A stretch of DNA of 64,000 nucleotides from an uncultured virus (IMG/VR IMGVR_UViG_3300025896_000027) (IMGVR_UViG_3300025896_000027), one strand, 5' to 3'; shown: positions 25,024 through 35,887, counted from the first letter of the stretch. Notes: generated by a model from the letters alone, not told the origin. Made by a program: numbers and translations.

Positions 25024-27198
25024 ATGCACTGGATTGCTATGAACGAACTACAGCTTTCAACTGACGTGGAAGAGACGCCCCTTACCAAGTGGCCTAAGGC
25101 CCCGTCGATCAAAGATCTGAAGCAGGATCTTACAGATTCCAAGCCAGCTCATGACACCCAAAAGCAAAAAATTGCTGAATGGCTTGATAACCTGAATGCC
25201 ACTGGTAAGGCTGCAGTCAAGACGCCTGATGGTAGTTCGAAGATCGTGCCTAAGCTGATCCGTAAGCAGGCGGAATGGCGATACGCTGCCCTCAGTGAGC
25301 CCTTTCTGAGCACGGATGACGTGTTCAATGTGAAGCCGGTGAGCTGGGAAGATCGAGAGTCTGCACAGCAGAATCAGTTGGTACTGAACAACCAGTTCAA
25401 TACCAAGATCAACAAGATCACCTTCATTGATGAGTACGTTCGTGCTGCTGTTGATGAGGGTACGGTCATTGTCCGAGTAGGTTGGGACTTCCACGAAGAG
25501 GACTATGAGGGTGAATTCCCTCAAGTAGAGTTCGTGATCAATCCTGAGTACGCTCCCATGCATGAGCAGATCGCTCAGATGAAGGCGGAATCCCCTAGTC
25601 AATACGCCACCGATGTGCCTGAGGAGCTAAAGGAAGCTCATGAGCTGTCTATGGAGAAGGGTGTCCCTCTTCAGCCAGTGATCAAAGGCTACGTGAAAGA
25701 GACTCGTACTCGCACGGTGAAGAACTGCCCCACTGTTGAGGTGTGTGACTACCGTAATGTGATCATTGATCCCTCCTGCCAAGGTGACTTGGACAAGGCT
25801 GGCTTCGTGATTTACAGCTTTGAGTCTTCTAAGTCTCAATTGGAGAAGGACGGCAAGTACAAAAATATCGACAAGATCAACATCGAGGGGAGTACCCCCC
25901 TAGGCCAGCCCGACCACGACACGTCGGACGGCACGAAGAACTTCAACTTCACTGACCAGGCACGTAAAAAGTTCGTGGTCCATGAGTACTGGGGCTTCTG
26001 GGATATTGATGGTGATGGCAGGGTGAAGCCTATCGTGGCTGCATGGGTAGGTAACACGCTCATTCGCATGGAAGAGAACCCTTACCCTGATAAGAAGGTT
26101 CCTTTCGTCACTGTGCAGTACCTGCCTGTGCGTAAAAGCATCTACGGTGAGCCTGATGGCTCCCTGTTGGAAGACAACCAGAAGGTCATTGGTGCTATCA
26201 CACGCGGCATGATCGACATCATGGGTAAGTCTGCCAATAGTCAGACAGGTACTGCCAAGGGTTTCTTGGATGTGACCAATCGACGCAAGTTTGATAAGGG
26301 TCAAGACTACGAGTACAACCCTGGCACAGATCCTCGCATGAGCGTCTTCATGCATACCTACCCTGAGATCCCTCAGTCGGCCTATGGAATGCTGCAAATG
26401 CAGAACATGGAAGCTGAGTCGTTGACAGGTGTGAAGGCCTACGCCAATGACGGCATCTCCGGTGCTTCCCTTGGTGATGTCGCTGCCGGTGTGCGTAGTG
26501 CCCTGGACGCTGCATCTAAACGAGAGCTGGGCATCCTTCGTCGCCTGAGTGATGGTGTGGTCAAGATCGGTCGGAAGATCATCAGCATGAATGCTGAGTT
26601 CCTGTCCGATGAGGAAGTCATCCGAGTTACCAATGATGACTTCGTGACCATTCGACGGGATGACCTGGGTGGCAACTTCGACTTGAAGCTGTCCATTAGC
26701 ACTGCTGAAGAGGACAACAACAAGGCGGAACAACTGGCTTTCATGTTGCAAACCAATGCAGCCAATATGGATCCAGACCTGGCCAAGATGATCTACGGGG
26801 ATATCGCCAAGCTCCGCAAGATGCCTGACTTGGCCCACAAGATTGAGAGTTTCGAGCCACAGCCCGATCCCCTCATGCAGCGAAAGATGGAAGCTGAGGT
26901 CCGTAAGCTTGAAGCAGAAGCCATGGAAATTGAAACCACGGCCATGTTGAACCGTGCCAAGGCTATGACTGAAAACGTGAAGCAGGGCAATATGAAAGCA
27001 GATACTGACCTGAAGAATCTGGACTTTGTTGAGCAGGAATCGGGTGTCAAACAAGAGCGTGCCAAGGAACTGCATGGTGAGCAGGCCCGTAGTCAGGCTC
27101 AGTTGAAACTCCTGGATCGTCAGGATCGACGTGAAGACCGTCGAGTTGATCTGATCAAGGAATACATCAAATCACGGACCAAAGCGAAAGCTGCATAA
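25024..27198 (+). CDS. portal protein (N4 gp59-like; start may be 25039)
   Basis: PKLIRKQAEWRYAALSEPFL, HEYWG.WDIDGDG, EAESLTGVKAY, LDAASKRELGILRRL. Confidence 0.93.
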   Translation: MHWIAMNELQLSTDVEETPLTKWPKAPSIKDLKQDLTDSKPAHDTQKQKIAEWLDNLNATGKAAVKTPDGSSKIVPKLIRKQAEWRYAALSEPFLSTDDVFNVKPVSWEDRESAQQNQLVLNNQFNTKINKITFIDEYVRAAVDEGTVIVRVGWDFHEEDYEGEFPQVEFVINPEYAPMHEQIAQMKAESPSQYATDVPEELKEAHELSMEKGVPLQPVIKGYVKETRTRTVKNCPTVEVCDYRNVIIDPSCQGDLDKAGFVIYSFESSKSQLEKDGKYKNIDKINIEGSTPLGQPDHDTSDGTKNFNFTDQARKKFVVHEYWGFWDIDGDGRVKPIVAAWVGNTLIRMEENPYPDKKVPFVTVQYLPVRKSIYGEPDGSLLEDNQKVIGAITRGMIDIMGKSANSQTGTAKGFLDVTNRRKFDKGQDYEYNPGTDPRMSVFMHTYPEIPQSAYGMLQMQNMEAESLTGVKAYANDGISGASLGDVAAGVRSALDAASKRELGILRRLSDGVVKIGRKIISMNAEFLSDEEVIRVTNDDFVTIRRDDLGGNFDLKLSISTAEEDNNKAEQLAFMLQTNAANMDPDLAKMIYGDIAKLRKMPDLAHKIESFEPQPDPLMQRKMEAEVRKLEAEAMEIETTAMLNRAKAMTENVKQGNMKADTDLKNLDFVEQESGVKQERAKELHGEQARSQAQLKLLDRQDRREDRRVDLIKEYIKSRTKAKAA

Positions 27199-27209
27199 AA
27201 CTGGCTTAT

Positions 27210-27235
27210 AGTGGCGACAGCGAATTGTCGCCACT
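27210..27235 (+). other. 10-bp stem-loop after the portal gene
   Basis: AGTGGCGACA-GCGAAT-TGTCGCCACT; no clean U-tract. Confidence 0.55.
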
Positions 27236-27278
27236 TACTTAACCCTCTATTACCTTCAGAAAGCAATGGTAGAGAACT

Positions 27279-27632
27279 ATGACCAATGATCTTCAAGGCC
27301 AACTGGCCGCAATCGACCGGGATATTGAATCCGCCAAGAAAGTGATTGAGAAGGCCGAAGCCCTGACTCGCCTATCTACCAATCGTGACTTCAAGACCCT
27401 CATTTCTGAAGGCTTGTTCAAGGATGAGGCGCTTCGCCTTGTTTTCTTGAAGGCAGATTCGAATATGCAGTCTCCTGACAAGCAGGCAGCAATTCTCCGT
27501 GACCTGGACACTATCAGTGGCCTCAACAGTTATTTCCAAACCGTGTGTGCTTTGGCCAATCAGGCCAAGGGTTCTCTGGAATCCAGTGAAGCCATGCGTG
27601 AAGAAATCGAGCAGGAGATGAGCAATGGCTGA
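27279..27632 (+). CDS. N4 gp58-like coiled-coil protein
   Basis: AL.RL..NRDFK.LI.EG.F..EA.RLV motif; synteny. Confidence 0.8.
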   Translation: MTNDLQGQLAAIDRDIESAKKVIEKAEALTRLSTNRDFKTLISEGLFKDEALRLVFLKADSNMQSPDKQAAILRDLDTISGLNSYFQTVCALANQAKGSLESSEAMREEIEQEMSNG

Positions 27633-28848
27633 TCAGAACCAAACCACGGCTGAGCCAGTGAATTACCTGGATATGTCTGACGAGGACTTGCTCAAGGCCC
27701 CCCCTCCCCCCCTTTCAGCTTCCACGGAGACTGACGACTCCGCCTCGGACGGCGAAGCCGATCCGGAAGGCGGTGAGTCAGGCGACGGGGAGACGGTTCA
27801 AGAGAGTACCGATACCCCAGATCCTGACGAAGATGCTCCTGATCAGGGCAGTTCTGACGATACAGCCGGAGATGCTGAAGTCAAGAACGACAAGCCAGTA
27901 ATTGATACTGCGAAACCTGGAGCTTCTGATGGGCAAGAAGTCAAAGACGCAGCGAAACCCAATGTTTCGGACAAACCCCTTGCCGAGCCTGAGGCTGAGT
28001 CCGGCAAAGATCAGCAGATTGACTACAAGGCAGCGTACACGAAGCTTACGGCCCCATTCAAAGCGAATGGACGTGACATGGCTGTCAAGGATGTTGATGA
28101 TGCGATTGCTCTTATGCAGATGGGAGCCCATTACAACAAGAAGATGGCTGCTCTGAAGCCAAACTTCAAATTGCTCAAGATGCTGGAGAATAACGGTCTC
28201 TTGAGCGAAGAGAAAATCAGTTTCTTGATTGACCTGGATAAGAAAAATCCTGGGGCTATCAATAAACTGGTGAAAGATGGTGGTATAAACCCACTTGATT
28301 TAGATGGTGATAAAGCGAGCGAGTACCAGCAAACAGCTTATACCGTAAACGACCAAGAGATTGAACTGGACAATGTACTGGACGAGTTGAAAGACAGTCC
28401 TTCATACAACCGGACTCTTGAAGTTGTTGGCGATAAGTGGGACATTGCAAGTAAGAAGGTCGTTGCCGCCAATCCCCAGTTGCTGAAAGTCATCAATGCT
28501 CACATCGACAGTGGCATCTATGACCGGATCAACAAGGTGATTGAGAGTGAACGAGTTTTTGGTCGCTTGGCTGGTTTGTCCGACATCGAAGCCTACCGGC
28601 AAGTCGGTGATCGTCTGCATGCTGAAGGTAAGTTTGTCCAGGTCAATGACCCACGGCAACAAACTACGCCTACTCCTGTGGTCGTTGCCCCGAATCCTAA
28701 GAAGGTGGATGACGACAAGCTGAAAGACAAACGGCGAGCTGCAAGCTCCACTAAGCCTGCTGCTCAGGTGACGGCACCCAAGGATTTCAATCCTTTGGCT
28801 CTGTCGGACGAAGAGTTCAGCAAGCAAGTTCAATCCAAGTACCTGTAA
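27625..28848 (+). CDS. N4 gp57-like protein (probable scaffold)
   Basis: Acidic disordered N-terminus, APFKANG...LMQMGAHYNKKM, C-terminal NPLALSDEEF; directly before the capsid gene. Confidence 0.8.
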   Translation: MADQNQTTAEPVNYLDMSDEDLLKAPPPPLSASTETDDSASDGEADPEGGESGDGETVQESTDTPDPDEDAPDQGSSDDTAGDAEVKNDKPVIDTAKPGASDGQEVKDAAKPNVSDKPLAEPEAESGKDQQIDYKAAYTKLTAPFKANGRDMAVKDVDDAIALMQMGAHYNKKMAALKPNFKLLKMLENNGLLSEEKISFLIDLDKKNPGAINKLVKDGGINPLDLDGDKASEYQQTAYTVNDQEIELDNVLDELKDSPSYNRTLEVVGDKWDIASKKVVAANPQLLKVINAHIDSGIYDRINKVIESERVFGRLAGLSDIEAYRQVGDRLHAEGKFVQVNDPRQQTTPTPVVVAPNPKKVDDDKLKDKRRAASSTKPAAQVTAPKDFNPLALSDEEFSKQVQSKYL

Positions 28849-28863
28849 ACCTGAAGGACTATC

Positions 28864-30261
28864 ATGCCCCAACAATACAACGACCCTGCCGGTGGCTCGC
28901 AATCGAGCGTTGGCAATCAGATGAACACCCAGTACTACCAGAAGCAGGCTCTCATTGAGGCCCGCAAGGAACAGTACTTCACCCAACTGGCTGACGTGAC
29001 CTCGATGCCGAAGCACTTCGGTAAGAAGATCAAGCGTTACCACTACATCCCTCTGCTGGATGATCAGAACTTGAACGACCAAGGCATTGATGCTGCTGGC
29101 GTGGCGATCAGTGCCGCTCAGTACACCGTGCATCTGGCTGGTCTGGTTCAGACCTATGCTGTAGAGGCTGATGCCACTGCTGCGGCTGCAGCTATCAACG
29201 CTGCTGACTCCGGTACGGCTACCAAGTCGGGCTCGTCTACTCCTTGGACGGTGACCTCGACCAAGAAGGTTCTGGATCCCACGACCCAGGTCCTGTCTGC
29301 TGCTGTTCTGGTTGCTGTGCCTCACTCGACCCGTGTCCAAGGCTCGGGCAACCTGTATGGCTCCAGCAAGGACATCGGCACCATTTCCGGCAAGATGCCT
29401 TCGCTGTCGGAAACGGGTGGTCGCGTGAACCGTGTTGGCTTCAAGCGCAAGGAAATCGAAGGTACTTTTGAGAAGTTTGGCTTCTTCGATGAGTACACCC
29501 AGGAATCCCTGGACTTCGACTCGGATGAGGAGCTGTGGACCCACATCAACCGAGAGATGATCTCTGGTGCCAACGAGATGACCGAAGATGCACTGCAGAT
29601 TGACTTGCTCAATGCTGCTGGTGTGATTCGCTATGCGGGTGATGCCACCCAAAACAGCGAAATCGGTTCGAACGATCTGGTTTCCTATGGTGACCTGATG
29701 CGTGTGTCCATTGACCTGGACAACAACCGCACGCCCAAGCACACCAAGATCATCACTGGTACCCGCCTGGTTGATACCCGTGTGCTGCCTGCTGCTCGGA
29801 TCGCCTACATCGGCTCCGAGTTGCTGCCTACCTTCAAAGCCATGAAGGATCTGCATAACAACCCTGCCTTCATCGAAGTGCAGAAGTATGCAGCCGGTGG
29901 TCAGACGGTTCTGGGTGAAGTCGGCTCGGTGGATCAACTGCGAATCGTGGTTGTCCCTGAGATGATGAAGTGGGCTGGTGCTGGTGCTCTGGTGACCGAC
30001 ACCATCAACTACGACAACGGGCTGCACTACGACGTGTTCCCGATCCTGATCGTGGGTGATGAGTCCTTCACCACCATTGGCTTCCAGACGGACGGCAAGA
30101 CCGTGAAGTTCAAGATCTACCACAAGGCTCCTGGCGAAGCTACGGCTGACCGCAACGATCCTTACGGTGAAACTGGCTTCATGTCGATCAAGTGGTACTA
30201 CGGCTTCATGGCTCTTCGCCCTGAACGTATCGCCCTGATCAAGACCGTCGCCCGCCTGTAA
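28864..30261 (+). CDS. major capsid protein (N4 gp56-like) with insertion
   Basis: [54 protein letters not shown]. Confidence 0.95.
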   Translation: MPQQYNDPAGGSQSSVGNQMNTQYYQKQALIEARKEQYFTQLADVTSMPKHFGKKIKRYHYIPLLDDQNLNDQGIDAAGVAISAAQYTVHLAGLVQTYAVEADATAAAAAINAADSGTATKSGSSTPWTVTSTKKVLDPTTQVLSAAVLVAVPHSTRVQGSGNLYGSSKDIGTISGKMPSLSETGGRVNRVGFKRKEIEGTFEKFGFFDEYTQESLDFDSDEELWTHINREMISGANEMTEDALQIDLLNAAGVIRYAGDATQNSEIGSNDLVSYGDLMRVSIDLDNNRTPKHTKIITGTRLVDTRVLPAARIAYIGSELLPTFKAMKDLHNNPAFIEVQKYAAGGQTVLGEVGSVDQLRIVVVPEMMKWAGAGALVTDTINYDNGLHYDVFPILIVGDESFTTIGFQTDGKTVKFKIYHKAPGEATADRNDPYGETGFMSIKWYYGFMALRPERIALIKTVARL

Positions 30262-30271
30262 TCCAGGCTGA

Positions 30272-30305
30272 GAGGGAGTGGGTTTAGGCTCACTCCCTCA
30301 TTTTT
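30272..30305 (+). terminator. terminator after the capsid gene
   Basis: GAGGGAGTG...CACTCCCTC-ATTTTT. Confidence 0.8.
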
Positions 30306-30329
30306 CTGAACATGTACCAAGGAATCGCA

Positions 30330-30935
30330 ATGTCTAACGACAACGAACAATTCAATGACGACCTGAAGGTCACTCCTGAACAAGAGCTGGAAGCTCTCAA
30401 AACTCGTGCTGATCTGCTGAAAGTTGCTTACCATCCCTCTATTGGGCTGGAAAAACTGCGTGATAAGGTCAATGCAGCCATTTCTGCCGAGCCAGGGGAA
30501 TCCTCTGATGATGAGCCTGTTGTTGAGCAAACTGCTCCGACTGCTCCCAAGGAAGAAACCATTGCTCAACGCCGTGAACGCAAGAAGAAGGAAGCCAACG
30601 AATTGGTGCGTATTCGGGTGACTTGCATGAACCCGGCCAAGAAGGAATGGGAAGGTGAAATTTTCACTGCAGGTAATTCCCTGGTGGGTAGCTTCAAGAA
30701 GTACGTGCCCTTCAACAGTGATGAAGGCTGGCATGTTCCACGAATCATCTTCAATCAGCTCAAAGACCGGCAATGCCAGGTTTTCGTGAACAACCGTGAT
30801 GCCCGTGGCAACGTGACTCGTAAGGGCAAGTTGATCAAGGAATTTGCCATCGAAGTTATGCCTAATCTGACGATTGAAGAACTGCACGATCTGGCACAGC
30901 GACAAGCTCTGTCTGGTTCTGTGGCTCAGGCATAA
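30330..30935 (+). CDS. N4 gp55-like protein
   Basis: LKTRADLL.V.YHPSIGLEKLR, LVRIRVTCMNPAKKEWEGEIFT. Confidence 0.82.
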   Translation: MSNDNEQFNDDLKVTPEQELEALKTRADLLKVAYHPSIGLEKLRDKVNAAISAEPGESSDDEPVVEQTAPTAPKEETIAQRRERKKKEANELVRIRVTCMNPAKKEWEGEIFTAGNSLVGSFKKYVPFNSDEGWHVPRIIFNQLKDRQCQVFVNNRDARGNVTRKGKLIKEFAIEVMPNLTIEELHDLAQRQALSGSVAQA

Positions 30936-30975
30936 GTCTGAAAACTGAAGTCTCCAACGAACCCCTTGTAATACC

Positions 30976-31620
30976 ATGTCTACAATCGTTATTGCTGATC
31001 TGACCCAAGCCACGGTAAGCGGTACTGGTGTATTCGATATCTTGATGAAGGCTGCTAAAGCCCATCTGGATTCTGAGCACGCAAGCAATCGGATCAAGTC
31101 CGCTGAGTACGCGACGGTATACCTAGGTTCGTTGGAGGCTGTCATGAGCGCCTCCCTACAGTTTCTGTTGACTAAGCAGAAGGCAGGGCTTGAAGCAGAG
31201 TTGCTTCAGAAACAGATCGACCTAGTTACCCAACAAGCTTTGAATGCTGTGATTGAGGGTCAAGTCCTGACCGCTCAGAAGTGCAAGCTGGATGCTGAGT
31301 ACGATAACCTGATGGCTGTGAAGCTGAAGACTGCTGCCGAAACCTCTCTGCTGTCCCAGAAGACGGCCACAGAGAAAGCACAGATCACTTCCCTAGGCGT
31401 GGATGCGGATAGCGTGGTCGGTCGTCAGAAGCAGCTTTATGTGGCTCAAACCAGTGGTTTCACTCGTGATGCTGAGCAGAAAGCTGCCAAGATCATGGTG
31501 GATACTTGGAACGTTCGTCGCACCACTGATGAAGGCACGGTGGCTGATGGTGTGAACATGCTGAATGACACGGCTGTGGGACGTGCTGTGAATGCTCTTC
31601 TGGCTGGGGTTGGTGCCTGA
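30976..31620 (+). CDS. tail/structural protein (N4 gp54-like)
   Basis: LT...V.GTGVFD.LM....HL..E....RI...EYA.VYLG; GF.RDAEQKAAK. Confidence 0.8.
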   Translation: MSTIVIADLTQATVSGTGVFDILMKAAKAHLDSEHASNRIKSAEYATVYLGSLEAVMSASLQFLLTKQKAGLEAELLQKQIDLVTQQALNAVIEGQVLTAQKCKLDAEYDNLMAVKLKTAAETSLLSQKTATEKAQITSLGVDADSVVGRQKQLYVAQTSGFTRDAEQKAAKIMVDTWNVRRTTDEGTVADGVNMLNDTAVGRAVNALLAGVGA

Positions 31621-31645
31621 TTTGCCAAGATAAGGGTGACAATAC

Positions 31646-31671
31646 GGGGGAGCCAAGTGCTCCCCCTTTTT
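31646..31671 (+). terminator. intrinsic terminator
   Basis: GGGGGAGC-CAAGT-GCTCCCCC-TTTTT. Confidence 0.85.
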
Positions 31672-31686
31672 ACATTGGTGATTGAT

Positions 31687-33945
31687 ATGGGCCTGTTCAG
31701 TAGCAAGAAAGAAACCTATGTGGGTACCTCCGTTTCACGGGTGATTCAGGATAGGGATTTGCCAGACTTCGCTAAGACGGGCGTGCTCAAGGCCATCATG
31801 GAAGCCTCTGGCACGATCTCTGATTACCTCATGGAAGAGGCTGTTGCGAGTATCGCTGTAAAGGTGGATAGCTACTACAGGTATGGACAGACAGCCTACT
31901 CCTATGGCTTGCCTACGGGAGAGATGTATTCCAACCTGTGGGGTATGGAGGAAATCCAGGTGATTCTGGATACCTTGGTAGGTGCTCCCGTACTTATTGA
32001 GTACCTTCGGTATGGTCCCCCAAATATCCAACACATTGGTTGGAAAAGCCTTGTTGAGGATCATGGCTATGATTCTCGGACCAATACTCTCGCAAACCTC
32101 AGTGATATCAAGGACACGCCTGTTTACCTCAAAGACCTTGAGGTGGTCATTCCTGCAGCACAAGCTGCGGACTTTAGTCCTATCTCTTTGGAACGCTGGG
32201 GCATTCCTCCTAAAGCAGGCTACACCCCAGAACGTCCTGCGAATACTGGTGCTCTGGGCAATCTCATTGCTGATACGCCTGTTCGAATCGATGACACTAT
32301 TTCAGAAGAAGTAGCTCGGGCTACCTATACCTGGAAGGTACCTGGAGAATGGGCTGGCGGCGGGGTAACACCCCCTAGCTACCCAAATGGAGTGATTACG
32401 ATTCCAGTCACTGGTTTCGATGACGATGCTGACTATTTCCAAGTCAAGTACTCTCATGAAGGTAAGGCCTTCTACTGGATGTATGAGGTAGGTACAGGTG
32501 TCTATCCAGAACTCGATGCCCTGTTTGGTTCTAATGCTACAGTCATGGGGGACTACTTCCCATTCCTGTACTTCAGGTACGGCAAGCAGTCCATGTCTGC
32601 TAACACAGGCAGTCAAGAGTTCATCACCTCAAAGCGCATGGCCAAGTACCTGGGCATGGACTATGAAACCATCATTGATGCGATTCATGAGAATCCAGAT
32701 ATTGATCAGGTAGAGCAGGCAATGTGCATCTTCGCTGTGCCTGCGAAGTCACAGGATCCTCTCGATCTAAAGTATCTCTATGAGTACTTTGATCGCATGT
32801 ACTACTTCACAGACATCACCTTTTCCGTTGAAGCCGTGGACGACGTTTTCCAGTTATTAAGCAAAGAAACGAAGTATCAACGATCCAGTAATGTGATCCA
32901 GGATGCTCGCTTCAAGATGACACTCAATACGGGTGGTATCTTCAAGCAACGACTGGCAGGCGTCCTAGGCCCCGTAGGTACCCATACAGGTGAAATCACG
33001 ACTCGATCTAAGACCGTCAAAACTGTGAATCGCTTTGATGAAGAGAGCACCCGTACCGTACAGATTCCTTGCCACGTATATCGTAAGCAAATCAGCGACG
33101 GCCTCTACGATGAGGTACAAGTACTTGACCTACAGATGTTCTACTTCATCCTAGGTAAACATACGGCTATTGGTGATGAGACAGATGACATCTTGCTAGT
33201 ACCCATCGACAGATCTATAACTGAGGGGTATGAGTTTGCAATGCGTGAACGGCTGTATGCCCGGTCATTACACTTCGTATTTAACAGCGTAGAAGTTGTC
33301 AATGTGAAGTGGTATCAACAAGAATGGTTTTCTGACTTCTTGTTGATCGTGGCTATTGTGGTGACCATCTTCACCTTAGGTGCTGACGGAGGTACGTTCA
33401 TTTCAGCGGTATTGTCAGGAACCATCGCACTGCCTGCATTGCTATACATCATTGCAGTCAAGGTGATGACGTTCCTGATCATCCGGGAAGCCATCAAACT
33501 ATTCGTCAAAGCGGTAGGTATGGAAGTGGCTTTTATTGTTGCCATCATCGCTGCTGCATTTGGCATGTACGCACAACTACAAGGAGCCAACTTCCAAGGA
33601 CTTCCGTGGGTGAAGGACTTGCTTCAACTGTCCTCCGGACTCGTCAAGCAGATCTCCCAATCGGTGGCCGATAACATGGAAGATCTGTTGGGGGAAGCAA
33701 AAGGCTTCTCGGCCTATGTAGATGAACAAGTGAAGTCCCTGGAGACTGCCAAAGAGCTTCTGGAAACAAACAATTTCCTCAGTCCGTTCGTAATTTTTGG
33801 TGAGACTCCTGATGACTACTATCAACGTACCGTTCACTCCGGTAACATCGGGGTAGTCGGTATTGGGGTAGTGGCTTCGTATGTGGAGATCGCACTTACA
33901 CTCCCTAAACTGAAAGATTCTGTAGGAGATACTTTTTATGGCTAA
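31687..33945 (+). CDS. N4 gp53-like virion protein with C-terminal transmembrane segments
   Basis: Start MGLFSSKK; VKWYQQ followed by several hydrophobic helices; synteny. Confidence 0.82.
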   Translation: MGLFSSKKETYVGTSVSRVIQDRDLPDFAKTGVLKAIMEASGTISDYLMEEAVASIAVKVDSYYRYGQTAYSYGLPTGEMYSNLWGMEEIQVILDTLVGAPVLIEYLRYGPPNIQHIGWKSLVEDHGYDSRTNTLANLSDIKDTPVYLKDLEVVIPAAQAADFSPISLERWGIPPKAGYTPERPANTGALGNLIADTPVRIDDTISEEVARATYTWKVPGEWAGGGVTPPSYPNGVITIPVTGFDDDADYFQVKYSHEGKAFYWMYEVGTGVYPELDALFGSNATVMGDYFPFLYFRYGKQSMSANTGSQEFITSKRMAKYLGMDYETIIDAIHENPDIDQVEQAMCIFAVPAKSQDPLDLKYLYEYFDRMYYFTDITFSVEAVDDVFQLLSKETKYQRSSNVIQDARFKMTLNTGGIFKQRLAGVLGPVGTHTGEITTRSKTVKTVNRFDEESTRTVQIPCHVYRKQISDGLYDEVQVLDLQMFYFILGKHTAIGDETDDILLVPIDRSITEGYEFAMRERLYARSLHFVFNSVEVVNVKWYQQEWFSDFLLIVAIVVTIFTLGADGGTFISAVLSGTIALPALLYIIAVKVMTFLIIREAIKLFVKAVGMEVAFIVAIIAAAFGMYAQLQGANFQGLPWVKDLLQLSSGLVKQISQSVADNMEDLLGEAKGFSAYVDEQVKSLETAKELLETNNFLSPFVIFGETPDDYYQRTVHSGNIGVVGIGVVASYVEIALTLPKLKDSVGDTFYG

Positions 33946-34495
33946 ATATGCAATGCCCCCGGTACAGTTTGGTGGGCAATCAGATTTCAACCTCCCTTTG
34001 TACCTGGATCCAAGTAGCGTGCCTGTTTCTCCAAGCAATGCTTGGGGAATGCCTGCTGAAGACTTCTCGCCAATGGCTGCTTGGGGTAATGCACCTTCTG
34101 CTGCAGCCCCTGGCTTTGCTGTAGACACCTCTGGCTTTTCCCTTCCTCAACTCCAACCTCAAGGGGATCCGTCTCTGTGGGGTAGGTTCAGGACTGGGCT
34201 GCAGGATAGTGGTTTCCTGGGCTCCAAGGATGCCAATGGGGTTGAAACCCAAGGCTGGGGCGGTATGGCTCTGGGTGCTGCCAGTGGCCTGGCAAATGCC
34301 TACATGGGCATGCAGCAACTGAAGCTGGCCAAAGAAACTTTGTCTCAGAACAAGGCACAGTTCGAAAAGAACTTTGATGCTCAACGAACCACGACGAACA
34401 CTGCTCTTGAAGATCGACAGCGTGCTCGTGTGGCCTCAAATGGTGCTGCCTATGAATCCGTAGGTCAGTACATGGACAAGAATCGAGTGAGGTAA
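33938..34495 (+). CDS. N4 gp52-like ejection protein
   Basis: Gly/Ala-rich helix followed by NTALEDRQRAR; no Cys. Confidence 0.8.
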   Translation: MAKYAMPPVQFGGQSDFNLPLYLDPSSVPVSPSNAWGMPAEDFSPMAAWGNAPSAAAPGFAVDTSGFSLPQLQPQGDPSLWGRFRTGLQDSGFLGSKDANGVETQGWGGMALGAASGLANAYMGMQQLKLAKETLSQNKAQFEKNFDAQRTTTNTALEDRQRARVASNGAAYESVGQYMDKNRVR

Positions 34496-34498
34496 GTC

Positions 34499-35833
34499 AT
34501 GGCGGCAATCACTTGGCGTAACGTCAATGGGCCTTCCCTTGCAGAAGCAAGTCGGCCTCTTGAAGTAGCCCAACGCTCCTTTGGGAGCGTCTTCGATACC
34601 CTTGGTGGCTTGGTCAACAAGGTAGAAGCTGTGGATACCCGTAACTGGGACACCACGAAGGAGAACAACACCCAGGCATTTCTGAACACCTTGGCCCAAG
34701 CCAAGACGCCAGAAGAAATGGCTGCAATGCAGAAAAGTGGTCAGTTGGCTCAGATGCTGGCTGGCTTCGGTGGTCAGGTGAATCAGGCTGCTGTACGCAG
34801 TGCTCCTGAGGCACGGCTGGATGCTTTGTACAAGCAGACCAAGACAGCCAATGAGTACCAGGACTACAGCTTGGATCGTGAGCAAGCTCCTATCCGGGAT
34901 AAGGCTCTGAGCCTTGCAGTACAGGGCAACAAGGCTGGTGCCCTGGCTCTGTTGGAAGCCAATCCGACCCTTCGCAATGCTGCCGAGATCCATAAGGCAG
35001 TGGTCAATGGCGAACGGGATATGACACGTTTTGGCTTCGAAGTGAACCAAGACCGTCGAGCTGGTCAGGCACTGCAAAGTACCTTGGCATCTCAACGGAT
35101 GAGCCGTGAAGCTACTGGCTTGCAGATCCAACAGACTCGCCAGGAAATTGCTGATGCCGATAAGATGAGGGCTTTGGAAGCTCGCATTGCAGCGGGCGGG
35201 GCTGAGTACCTGAAGACGGCCAAAAAGGGAGACAGCGATACCGAAGCGGCAGACAAGCTGATGAAGCAGCTCCGTAAGGAAGGATATACCCCAAGCCAGT
35301 TGGCCCGTGTCGAACCCTTGTTGGGCTCAGCTTTCAGCACCATGCCGGTGTCCAAGATTGGTAATGATGCGGCTGCTGTACGGGTCAAGGATGCTCAGGC
35401 TCAGTGGTACAAGGACAATGGTATTGCTGCTCCTGGTTCCACAGAAGCCCTCCGCAATATCCCTGAGTTGGCTGGTTTCATCAACACGATCACCAAGGAT
35501 ACGGATGAGCAAGCCTCATTGAATCGTGCCTTGGCAAAGCTATCCAAGACTGAATACGATTTGGGTGGTGGTAGGAAGATCGGTTATCCCCAGGAAATTC
35601 TGCGAGCAGCTCTTCTGGAATCACATCAGCCTGCGACTTACAACATCTTCAACTGGAAGGATCGTGGTGAAGTAGCCGAACAATTGGCCAAGAAGATGAT
35701 GAAAGACTCTCGGATCATTGATGACATCGCAGCTCGTGAACAGTTGGATGCTGAAGCCATCCGTCGAAAGTTCACTGAGCAAATGAAAGAACCGGGCTCA
35801 AAAATGAAAGAACCGGGCTCAAAGAAGAAGTAA
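34499..35833 (+). CDS. N4 gp51-like ejection protein
   Basis: N-terminal ITWRNV motif; helical, no Cys; directly before vRNAP. Confidence 0.8.
   Translation: MAAITWRNVNGPSLAEASRPLEVAQRSFGSVFDTLGGLVNKVEAVDTRNWDTTKENNTQAFLNTLAQAKTPEEMAAMQKSGQLAQMLAGFGGQVNQAAVRSAPEARLDALYKQTKTANEYQDYSLDREQAPIRDKALSLAVQGNKAGALALLEANPTLRNAAEIHKAVVNGERDMTRFGFEVNQDRRAGQALQSTLASQRMSREATGLQIQQTRQEIADADKMRALEARIAAGGAEYLKTAKKGDSDTEAADKLMKQLRKEGYTPSQLARVEPLLGSAFSTMPVSKIGNDAAAVRVKDAQAQWYKDNGIAAPGSTEALRNIPELAGFINTITKDTDEQASLNRALAKLSKTEYDLGGGRKIGYPQEILRAALLESHQPATYNIFNWKDRGEVAEQLAKKMMKDSRIIDDIAAREQLDAEAIRRKFTEQMKEPGSKMKEPGSKKK
35781..35823 (+). repeat. perfect 21-bp tandem duplication (MKEPGSK x2)
   Basis: AAATGAAAGAACCGGGCTCAA twice. 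Confidence 0.9.
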
Positions 35834-35849
35834 TTCAACTTACTTTCAA

Positions 35850-35887
35850 GAAAGGTGAGTGAGGCTCCGGCTTCTCTCACCTTTTTC
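35850..35887 (+). terminator. terminator/attenuator upstream of vRNAP
   Basis: GAAAGGTGAGTGAGG...CTTCTCTCACCTTTTTC. Confidence 0.7.

Noticed and set aside
27697..27712. Poly-C tract as a phase-variation or frameshift site
   Set aside because: Interrupted run encoding APPPP in a disordered region; the frame is intact
28402..30123. 573-aa minus-strand ORF
   Set aside because: Antisense shadow of the codon-biased capsid and scaffold genes; no motifs or RBS
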